Shown here piece by piece: positions 29,990 through 37,983 of a stretch of DNA of 64,000 nt. Numbering within the stretch: position 1 is the stretch's first letter; each line of letters begins with the position of its first letter. The DNA comes from an uncultured virus (IMG/VR IMGVR_UViG_3300020048_000034). Its lineage: Duplodnaviria; Heunggongvirae; Uroviricota; Caudoviricetes. The position numbers and the translations under genes are program-made. The stretch lies in IMG/VR virus record IMGVR_UViG_3300020048_000034; one strand, given 5' to 3'. The notes beneath the pieces were generated by a model that ran no database searches, had not been told where the DNA came from, and saw only the letters and a list, made by a program, of their open reading frames with translations.

Positions 29990-30970
29990 ATGAAAAAATC
30001 TAATTATCTTCATTTTACAAATAGAGAGAAAGCTTTAAGTATTTTAACTACAGGTCTTAAAGTTATCCAACCTAAATTTGAACCTGGAAAAAAGTTAACT
30101 CCAATACAATCATTAATGAGAGCTCGTACAAAAAATTCTTTATGGGCTATTTTAGAGTCTAGAAAGAAATATATAAAAGAATATATTGAAAGTGCTGATA
30201 CTGATCCAGATTCAGTATTATTCTTTTTTACAGCACCCTCTATAGGAGAGAAAGGTGGACCAGAGGACGAAAATGATGATGGTCAGGAAGGATATGTAAG
30301 ATTCATAAATGATAAAGATCCAGTTATTCCACCTGAAAATTTTTATAAAGTTAGAATTAATTCTATTAATTATACACCGAAAGAAGCTTTAGGTATTTTA
30401 AAAAGAAAAACTGAGGTAGGTTCGAGTGAATCCACTGATGAATTAATTGAATTAACACTTAATCAACTAAAAGAACTGGATTTAGATAAAGAATTTTGGG
30501 AAATAGGTAATGAAGTAAAGAAACCAGAAGTTATTAAAGGATCTTCTATTTATGTTTTAAAAGATGGAGAAAAAGTAGTTGCTATTATAGTTGTACAGAA
30601 AAAACAAATTAAAGTTTTGCAATCTATTAAAAAAGGATATGGTACAAAGATCGTAAGTGCTATAATTAAAAAATTAGGGAAATCATTAAAAGTAAAAGAA
30701 GCAGTACGAGGTGCTATTAATTTTTATTATAAAATGGGGTTTGAACTTGATAGAAATTATCTTGATACTCGCAATGGTAATACCATTAATATGACATATC
30801 ATAATAAATTATCTGATAAATTATCATCTAATGAACGTATTAAAAATGATATTGATTTTTTGGAAAATGAAATAGAAAAGATTAAGAAAGATTATGATGT
30901 TAATATGCAAAGAAGAATTTTGGGACCATATATTAGGACAATAAATAATTTAAAAATGGTTGCAAAATAG
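29990..30970 (+). CDS. Multidomain protein with a C-terminal GNAT domain
   Basis: KKGYGTKIV ... AINFYYKMGF. N-terminal HFT..AL.IL..GL could be an ART-like start (weak). Confidence 0.6.
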   Translation: MKKSNYLHFTNREKALSILTTGLKVIQPKFEPGKKLTPIQSLMRARTKNSLWAILESRKKYIKEYIESADTDPDSVLFFFTAPSIGEKGGPEDENDDGQEGYVRFINDKDPVIPPENFYKVRINSINYTPKEALGILKRKTEVGSSESTDELIELTLNQLKELDLDKEFWEIGNEVKKPEVIKGSSIYVLKDGEKVVAIIVVQKKQIKVLQSIKKGYGTKIVSAIIKKLGKSLKVKEAVRGAINFYYKMGFELDRNYLDTRNGNTINMTYHNKLSDKLSSNERIKNDIDFLENEIEKIKKDYDVNMQRRILGPYIRTINNLKMVAK

Positions 30971-31015
30971 TGAATCCCAACTACCATAAAGGGTAGTGGT
31001 TTATCGCTCACTTTT
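30970..31015 (-). mobile_element. 46-bp single-hairpin IS200/IS605 mini-element
   Basis: GTGAA...CTACC-ATAAAG-GGTAG hairpin...followed by ATGAA, the same termini as the IscB elements; removing it leaves a TAA stop for the upstream gene. Confidence 0.6.
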
Positions 31016-31035
31016 ATGAATAAAGGAAGAAAGAT

Positions 31036-31614
31036 ATGACAGACTTACTTTTAGGTGGAGGATTAGACTCAGTAGCTTATCTAATTCTTTTAAACAAGGA
31101 ATTAGATAAGTGTATTTGGATTAATTATGGTCAAGTATCTATTAAAGGAGAACTAGAAGCATGTAAATATTTCTGTGATTTTTATAACAAAGAACTAATT
31201 GTGGCAACAAATACTCAGATAAAAAATTATAATAAAAATTCAATGTTATTTTCTGGTAATTTAGAAGATCCTCCTTTTGTAATTGGTAGAAATTTATCAT
31301 TAATAATGACTGCATTTGAGTATTCTAAAAAGATAATGTTAGGATTTACAGATCCTGGGTATGCACCCTTTGAAGATGCAAATTCTAAATTTATAAATGA
31401 TTTAAATTTTTTACTAGAAAGAGTTATGCCATCATATAGCATAATAGCTCCTTTAATACATAAAGATAGAAAAGAAGTTATAAAGGAAGCCTATTCATTA
31501 AATAATTTATTATTTGAAAAATCTTTTACTTGCTGGGTATCTAATTCAAAAATAGAATGTGGAGTATGTAAACATTGTATTCTAAAAAAAGAGTTAATAA
31601 AGGAGGTACTGTAA
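31036..31614 (+). CDS. QueC-like PP-loop ATPase (short)
   Basis: GGGLDS, NYGQ..E, RNL, TC...CGVCKHC. Confidence 0.8.
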   Translation: MTDLLLGGGLDSVAYLILLNKELDKCIWINYGQVSIKGELEACKYFCDFYNKELIVATNTQIKNYNKNSMLFSGNLEDPPFVIGRNLSLIMTAFEYSKKIMLGFTDPGYAPFEDANSKFINDLNFLLERVMPSYSIIAPLIHKDRKEVIKEAYSLNNLLFEKSFTCWVSNSKIECGVCKHCILKKELIKEVL

Positions 31615-31617
31615 GAA

Positions 31618-32352
31618 ATGGAAAAAAAGGCATTAATTAGCTTTAGTGCGGGCATAGATAGCACAACTGCTGCGTTTCTTTATAGATCAATGGGGTATGA
31701 AGTTACACTAGCCACATTTGAAGATGGGCCAATTAATAACCCAATGTCAAAGTACTTTGATTCTAGTCAACCTATTGATATGAGACCCTGGTCTATTGAT
31801 TTACTAGAATATCAGGAAAGAATATGTAATCTCTATAATTTTAAAAAAGAAATATTTAGATTTCCAGAATTACAACAAATAACACCTTTATCTCCAAGAA
31901 TAGGAAATGAAAAAGCTATTTTTGCAGAATCATTAGGATGTATTTTTTATGTAGGATATAAATATCTTATGGCTTCTTTATTATTAAGTCATGGAGCAGC
32001 CTATAAGTATGATACAATAGTTTTTGGTAATCTACCTTTTGATCAATTTTATAAGGATGAATTACCAGAATCTTTTCAAAAAATAAGAAATTTAATGATA
32101 GATATTTATGATAGAGTAGATTTTCCAATTATAGAAAATCCGTATTATGGTGATGATTTTAAAACTAAAGAAAAAGTTATTTTAAAAGCTATTGACTTAG
32201 GTGTCCCTTTACATTTAACTTATAGTTGTAGAGTAGATGCACCAAAAACTAGTGATGGTTTATACCTTCATTGTGGGAAATGTGAAAACTGTTTGGATCG
32301 GATTAGAGCGTTTAGAGCTATAAATCAAGTAGACCCTGCATTTTATGTTTAA
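31618..32352 (+). CDS. Second QueC-like PP-loop ATPase
   Basis: FSAGIDS, TYSC...HCGKCENC..R..AF...DP..Y. Confidence 0.8.
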   Translation: MEKKALISFSAGIDSTTAAFLYRSMGYEVTLATFEDGPINNPMSKYFDSSQPIDMRPWSIDLLEYQERICNLYNFKKEIFRFPELQQITPLSPRIGNEKAIFAESLGCIFYVGYKYLMASLLLSHGAAYKYDTIVFGNLPFDQFYKDELPESFQKIRNLMIDIYDRVDFPIIENPYYGDDFKTKEKVILKAIDLGVPLHLTYSCRVDAPKTSDGLYLHCGKCENCLDRIRAFRAINQVDPAFYV

Positions 32353-33232
32353 AGGAATTAGTATGGAACAATACGGAATTGAACTAGAGATTAAAGGGTT
32401 ATCCCTAGCAGAAGTTTCAAACATAGTGTCCACATTTTTTAATGTTGAAGAAAATATAACAGACTTATCTGTACCTTTAAAAGTGTTAGATAAAGGTAAA
32501 GTTACTTTAATTGAAGCCTTAATACCTGTATCTAAACTGAATACTTTTTTGGGAGAGATATTAATAAAATATGAAGATAATTCTCAAGGGTTATTCAGTA
32601 ATATTTCTGATATAGGTGTAGAAAAAAGTATAATAGAAATTGTTTTTCCTCCTATTTCTTTAAAAGAAACAACAATACTTCAAAAATTATTTAATGAATT
32701 AAAAGAAAAAGGTGCGATAGGTACTGAAGGAATTCACCCTATTTCAACACATATAAATTTAGATGTCAGTGAGTTAACTATTTTCCAATTAAGAAATTTA
32801 ATACTTTTTTATAAAAGAAAAAGATGTATATCTAATATACCAGAAAATAGATTAAGGTTTATATCAGATTATACTTATTCTTTTAATAAGTTTCTCAACA
32901 ACCTGACAAAAAATTCTACAATTGAGGATATGTATTATGAATATTTTTATAAACAAATAACTACAGCACCTATTGATATAGAAAATTTATATAGTAGCGA
33001 TTATGCTTTTCAACTAGGATCTAAAATACCTACAATTATTAAATATAATTTTCTAAAGTTAAGCAGTTATTTAATTACAATGTTACCTGATAAAAATCTT
33101 TCAAAAATTATAAATTCTTATAATTGTATTTGGCCCATACTAGCCATAGAATTTAGAGATTTTAATACAGATTTTGATCTAGGTACTAAAGTAGATTTAA
33201 TACATTCACTCTATGAGGAATCTAAGAAATAG
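32345..33232 (+). CDS. Amidoligase-2 / COOH-NH2 ligase-like protein
   Basis: YGIELE, EIVFP, THIN, IEFR.F motifs. Confidence 0.6.
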   Translation: MFKGISMEQYGIELEIKGLSLAEVSNIVSTFFNVEENITDLSVPLKVLDKGKVTLIEALIPVSKLNTFLGEILIKYEDNSQGLFSNISDIGVEKSIIEIVFPPISLKETTILQKLFNELKEKGAIGTEGIHPISTHINLDVSELTIFQLRNLILFYKRKRCISNIPENRLRFISDYTYSFNKFLNNLTKNSTIEDMYYEYFYKQITTAPIDIENLYSSDYAFQLGSKIPTIIKYNFLKLSSYLITMLPDKNLSKIINSYNCIWPILAIEFRDFNTDFDLGTKVDLIHSLYEESKK

Positions 33233-33280
33233 GCAAATTACCACTACCCTAAAGGTATAAGGGTTTCCTCACCACATCTT
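33232..33280 (-). mobile_element. Degenerate single-hairpin IS200/IS605 mini-element
   Basis: ACTACCCTAAAGG...GGTTTCCTC...followed by ATGGA; related to 30970-31015. Confidence 0.5.
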
Positions 33281-33291
33281 ATGGAAGTTAA

Positions 33292-33497
33292 ATGTTCGTG
33301 CGAGAAATCTTCGTGAGCTGGCATGGATGAATTGCCTCCTCTTGAAGATTTAAAAGTAGCGTCAAATTAAGTTGTTCAAAGAACAACAAAATAAACGTGC
33401 TATAGCCATTGATGAGGGACATAGTACAGTCTAATTGAAGCATAAAAAAGAAACTGTCAAAAGACAGAAGCCACGGGCTTGCCCCGTGGTAGGTCAC
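33292..33497 (+). mobile_element. Non-autonomous IS605-type element / orphan omegaRNA
   Basis: Right end GAAGCCACGGGCTTGCCCCGTGGTAGGTCAC is nearly identical to 666-698; internal hairpins; left-end-like sequence after TTAA; no ORF. Confidence 0.7.
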
Positions 33498-33521
33498 ATA
33501 TTAACTATTACACTGTAAGAT

Positions 33522-34556
33522 ATGAGCCATAGTAAAGTTGTAAAAAAAGGAAATTATCTAATGTGCCTTATAAGTATTACTGACTTTAAAGAACATGATA
33601 TTTGTCAAAATATAGTGAATAAATTAAATTTAACCTATAGTAAATACTATGGATTTAATCCTTGGACTATAGATAATCTTACTAGAAATTATTTTGATCC
33701 TTTAGTTAATACTTATATTTGTAAAAAATATGTGTGCATTATAAAACAAGAAAAAATTGAAGAAGTTTTTATACTATTTATTGGAAAAGAAAATTTATTA
33801 ACTCAACCGTCTGGATATTTTATAGATTATGATATGAGATGGTCATGTTCACATGTAGATTTGTGGAAATGTAGTCAATTGAGTATATTATCAAAAAAAC
33901 TAGGACTAGAACATACTATTGAATTAAAAATACCCTTTGTATTAAACAAAAATGAATCTTTTAAAGATTTTGTTAAATCGCTTCATAATAATTTTAATCC
34001 TCATATTTTTGGAAATAAATCAAAAAAATACTCTATAGAATTTACTCAAGATAAATCAAAAATTCTTACCACAGTAGTTCATTGTTTAAGCAAATACGGA
34101 GCCAAAAGATATAATTATTTAAAAAGCAAAGGAGAGGTAGTAGTTCCATATTTATGTACTATAATATTTGATGAATACAACAATTTTTCTATTGTAGAAA
34201 GTGGTATCTCAATTATATCTGTAAAAGAAGAAATAGTTGGTTTTTGCACATGGAAAATAATAAATAAAATTGGATATTTACATAGTATAATAATAAATAT
34301 TACTGAAGAGACAAAAAATTTAAGTTTGTACAGCGTTCTTACCATACATACTATTAATCATTTATTTAATAAAGTAAGAAAAATTAATTTAGGTATTAAT
34401 TTTGGGAATTTAGGGGACTATAAAAAAATATTTAATTGTGAAATAGTAACTATAAATTTAGTGCAAACTATTGAAAACACTTTTGAGAATATAGAAAAAA
34501 TACTATACGAAATTAGCGAAAACCATCTGGATTATATGGAGGTAGAGTCATTATAA
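33522..34556 (+). CDS. Fem/GNAT-fold acyl- or aminoacyl-transferase-like protein
   Basis: C-terminal INLG....L..YKK.F motif; size typical of double-GNAT proteins. Confidence 0.45.
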   Translation: MSHSKVVKKGNYLMCLISITDFKEHDICQNIVNKLNLTYSKYYGFNPWTIDNLTRNYFDPLVNTYICKKYVCIIKQEKIEEVFILFIGKENLLTQPSGYFIDYDMRWSCSHVDLWKCSQLSILSKKLGLEHTIELKIPFVLNKNESFKDFVKSLHNNFNPHIFGNKSKKYSIEFTQDKSKILTTVVHCLSKYGAKRYNYLKSKGEVVVPYLCTIIFDEYNNFSIVESGISIISVKEEIVGFCTWKIINKIGYLHSIIINITEETKNLSLYSVLTIHTINHLFNKVRKINLGINFGNLGDYKKIFNCEIVTINLVQTIENTFENIEKILYEISENHLDYMEVESL

Positions 34557-35515
34557 TGGAATTTAAATATTATAGTTCAATTAGAGAAGTAAAAACTATA
34601 TGGGAAGATTTAGAACTTCCTTTTTCTTCCTATACAACTAAATATGAATTATATGAAGAATTATATGATTTTTTATGCAGTAATAAAATTCCTGATTATT
34701 ATCATTACTCTAATCCCTACATAATGATAGGGTTAGATAAAGGTAAAGTGATTGGTATATTACCTTTTATTTCTAGTAACAATAAAAGAACATTAATCTA
34801 TAATTGTGGATTCATAGGCTATATGTTACCAGTTATTCCTTGTTATTTACATAAATTTGCAGAAAAAATAGATATGGATTTATCAGATATAAATCATCAA
34901 TATATTACAAACTTAGAAAATAGTAAATATTATTTTTGGTGTAAAGCTAATATAATAGATTTAAGGAATATTAGTACTTCTGAAGAGTACTTGGAGTCTC
35001 TTTCCACTAAAAAACAAAAAGATTTAAAAAAAATTATTAATTTAAATAATTTAGTTGTAACAGAGGAAGTTTTAACTGTACCTAATTATAACATGATTAA
35101 AAAAAAGTATAACAGTAAGTGGATTAAAAATAAAGGGTTTTCGATAGCTTGTAGGCTACATTTAAATGATATTTTGTTTAAGCACTCTAATACTCTAACA
35201 ATTGTTTGTTATTTAAATGATAATATAATTTCAATTAATAAAGGAATTATAGATAACAATACGTTGTTAGGTTACAGTTGTATTAGACCCACTACATATA
35301 ATAATTTTATCTTTCAGTATTCTATTTTTAAATTAATTGAATTAGCAATTAGTAAAAAAATAGAATATTTTAATTTAGCCTCTAGTTTTGAAAATACCCT
35401 AAATATGTCTTATAAAAATAAATTTTTAAACACAGATATTAAAATACCTTGTATTTTATCAAAAACAGAAGAGGGTAAACCTCCTTACTTTAGTAATAAA
35501 AAATGGATTTTTTAG
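34556..35515 (+). CDS. Fem/GNAT-fold (Acetyltransf_6-like) protein
   Basis: IGILPF, IDL...EEYL.SLS.K.QK.LKK, LIE.AI..K.EYFNL...YK..F. Confidence 0.6.
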   Translation: MEFKYYSSIREVKTIWEDLELPFSSYTTKYELYEELYDFLCSNKIPDYYHYSNPYIMIGLDKGKVIGILPFISSNNKRTLIYNCGFIGYMLPVIPCYLHKFAEKIDMDLSDINHQYITNLENSKYYFWCKANIIDLRNISTSEEYLESLSTKKQKDLKKIINLNNLVVTEEVLTVPNYNMIKKKYNSKWIKNKGFSIACRLHLNDILFKHSNTLTIVCYLNDNIISINKGIIDNNTLLGYSCIRPTTYNNFIFQYSIFKLIELAISKKIEYFNLASSFENTLNMSYKNKFLNTDIKIPCILSKTEEGKPPYFSNKKWIF

Positions 35516-35526
35516 AAAGGAAATAA

Positions 35527-36354
35527 ATGAGCCGCTTAATAGATCAAAAATATTTTGATAATTATGGAGGTTTAGAAACCTCTAAACCTTATAATGAAAT
35601 ATGGAAAAATCATACAATTAATATTAAATCCATGTTTGCTTATTTTAAAAAATTAAATTTGAATATTACTTCTTTTTTTGATATAGGTGCAGCAGACGGT
35701 TCTCTAATAACTGAAATATCTAAAAGTATTCCTTCTAGAGGGGTGGAAATTTTTGAAAATATAGTACCTTTAGAAATGAGAAAATTTATAGACATAAGTG
35801 ATTCGGTTCAATATAATTACCCATATTCAGATATTATGTGTTTAAATGGATACTCATATTACACTCCTAATCAATTAGATAAGTTATTTAATAATTTACC
35901 CTGTAAGTATATAATTTGTTCAGGACAGGATATTGATTTGATAAGATATTCTTATCCAAAAGGTATTTTACCTAAGAAAGTATATGAGATAACATTAAGA
36001 CCTTATTCTTGGTGGATTAATTTCTTTGATAGAATAGGATTTAAAATTTTAATAAATGATAATTTTTATATTTTAGAAAAAGGAAAAAACATTTCGTTTA
36101 AAAAAATAAAAGACTATTTTAATATAAAATATTATAAAGAACATATCATGTTTAATGATGTTAAACTTTATTATAATGGGAGAAAAATTATAATTGAAAA
36201 TGCTTCTGAAACAGATTTAGTTCAGTTAACCTATTTTTTATGTGGACTTAGAAATAATGGTGTTACCGCTATTGGAAATTATAATTTTGTACCTGGATGG
36301 TCAAATACCATTAAAGGTAACTTAAATTATATATTTCCACCAGATACTTTTTAA
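35527..36354 (+). CDS. Class I SAM-dependent methyltransferase
   Basis: FDIGAADG, GVE, RP.SWW..FF...GF. Confidence 0.7.
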   Translation: MSRLIDQKYFDNYGGLETSKPYNEIWKNHTINIKSMFAYFKKLNLNITSFFDIGAADGSLITEISKSIPSRGVEIFENIVPLEMRKFIDISDSVQYNYPYSDIMCLNGYSYYTPNQLDKLFNNLPCKYIICSGQDIDLIRYSYPKGILPKKVYEITLRPYSWWINFFDRIGFKILINDNFYILEKGKNISFKKIKDYFNIKYYKEHIMFNDVKLYYNGRKIIIENASETDLVQLTYFLCGLRNNGVTAIGNYNFVPGWSNTIKGNLNYIFPPDTF

Positions 36355-36367
36355 AAAAGGATTTTCT

Positions 36368-37264
36368 ATGTCATCTAAATTAGAGATGGTTCTACAAACA
36401 ATGACTTCAAAGTCAGATAGATTTCTAAAAAACCTCTCAAAAGATGTTGTTAAAACAGAGTTAAAAATTTTAGAACTAAGAAAAAAACTTTATTCTTCTA
36501 AAACTCTAAAAGAGTTTATGAACAATCTAAAAATAGTTGATGGTCAACTGTTTAACTTTCACTTAGTTAATTTAATTAATCAATACAAAGAGTGTTATTA
36601 CAGAAATTTATCTTTAAGTATAAAAGCATTTCCAGATTATGAATTAGTGTTTAACAAAATGTTTGAAAAGAATAAAGTTAAGTTTTGCTCCTCTGTTTAC
36701 TTTTACAGACCTACTTCTAATTTAGAAGAATATATTTTAATGGCTTACTATGATTTTTTAACTCGATTACCTTTACAAAAACCGTTTGTCATAGAATATG
36801 ACTATGATTCTAAAAATATAAAAAAGTTATTTTCTTCTGACTTTGATTACTCAAGTAAGAAAATTTTTATCAATGAAAGATCCCCAATTCTTCCAAGTTA
36901 CTACGATATAGTTTCCTTCCATAAAAGTCTAGAAACAATAGATTTAAACAATGTTCTCCCAATAATAGAGAAGAAAACTGTTTCCTTAAAGAACTTCAAA
37001 CCCAAATACTATATTTCTAATATTGATGAAACAGCTAATTACACTCTTTTCTTATGTAAAGATAAAGTATTTGGTAGAAGAATATTGTTTTTTAATAATA
37101 TTTTTGTGAAATACCCTAGCTTTCAGGATCTAGATTACAAAATAATTGCTCATCCATTTAGACAGCTACCTTCACCAGTTAACTTATTAGATGCAATACT
37201 AGTGTTTTACAATGACAAGAAATTGTATGGATTCATTCAATCTGAAGAAATAGGATTTAATTGA
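36368..37264 (+). CDS. Hypothetical protein in the modification cluster
   Basis: 298-aa ORF with RBS, co-oriented, no recognised motif. Confidence 0.6.
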   Translation: MSSKLEMVLQTMTSKSDRFLKNLSKDVVKTELKILELRKKLYSSKTLKEFMNNLKIVDGQLFNFHLVNLINQYKECYYRNLSLSIKAFPDYELVFNKMFEKNKVKFCSSVYFYRPTSNLEEYILMAYYDFLTRLPLQKPFVIEYDYDSKNIKKLFSSDFDYSSKKIFINERSPILPSYYDIVSFHKSLETIDLNNVLPIIEKKTVSLKNFKPKYYISNIDETANYTLFLCKDKVFGRRILFFNNIFVKYPSFQDLDYKIIAHPFRQLPSPVNLLDAILVFYNDKKLYGFIQSEEIGFN

Positions 37265-37617
37265 TGAAAAGTAAATTTTTCAAAATCACCTTTAATAATT
37301 TTCATGGAACAATTGACTTATCTTTAGTTGATGAATTTGAAGATATAACAGTAAAAGAACCACAGAAATTGTATTATTTCAACAAGCTATATGTTGATAA
37401 GGAATTACGAAATAAAGGTATTGCTAAACAACTGTTGGAAAAATTAGAACATTGGGCTGACTCTGAGAACATTGTAGTTGTTGGTGATGTCAACCCCTAT
37501 GGAGATCTAGATTTTGAGAAACTTGTTCAACTGTACTTGGATCACGGTTTTGTTAAGTTTGGAATTAAGTGTTGTCTTGAGCAACCTTTTCAACAAATTG
37601 TTCGGTATCCAAAATAA
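37261..37617 (+). CDS. GNAT acetyltransferase
   Basis: LYVDKELRNKGIAKQLL ... NPYG ... Y...GF. Confidence 0.85.
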   Translation: MMKSKFFKITFNNFHGTIDLSLVDEFEDITVKEPQKLYYFNKLYVDKELRNKGIAKQLLEKLEHWADSENIVVVGDVNPYGDLDFEKLVQLYLDHGFVKFGIKCCLEQPFQQIVRYPK

Positions 37618-37623
37618 TTTTAA

Positions 37624-37655
37624 AAACCTACTAATTTTTAGTAGGTTTATTTTTT
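37624..37655 (+). terminator. Rho-independent terminator
   Basis: AAACCTACTA/TAGTAGGTTT stem + T tract. Confidence 0.7.
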
Positions 37656-37659
37656 ACTT

Positions 37660-37798
37660 ACAATAGAATTTATTGTTATAAGGTTATAAAACAATAAATT
37701 CTGTTATTACATAGTTTATTATAATAAATGAATATAATAATAGAATTTATTGTTAATAAACATACATATTATAAAACAATAAATTTAATAACAATAAA
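37660..37798. promoter_or_regulatory. Repeated operator-like sites upstream of the RHH-helicase genes
   Basis: AATAGAATTTATTGTTA at 37662 and 37739; TTATAAAACAATAAATT at 37684 and 37769; the cores are mutual reverse complements. Confidence 0.6.
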
Positions 37799-37809
37799 AG
37801 GAACTATTT

Positions 37810-37983
37810 ATGAAAACTACAAAATTACTAACTGTTAGTTTACCCATTGAATTTTGTACAAAATTAAAAAGACTCTCATTAAAACGATCATTAAAAAAGA
37901 ATATTACAATTACTGTTTCTTCACTAGTTAAAGAAGCATTAATAGAAAAGTATAAATTTGAGGAAACTAGTAAGGAGGAATAA
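37810..37983 (+). CDS. CopG-like ribbon-helix-helix protein (57 aa), absent from ORF track
   Basis: MKTTKLLTVSLP...VSSLVKEALIEKY; TAATG coupling to the next gene. Confidence 0.7.
   Translation: MKTTKLLTVSLPIEFCTKLKRLSLKRSLKKNITITVSSLVKEALIEKYKFEETSKEE

Noticed and set aside
33288..33497. 69-aa minus-strand ORF
   Set aside because: Coincides with the non-coding IS element; no protein features.
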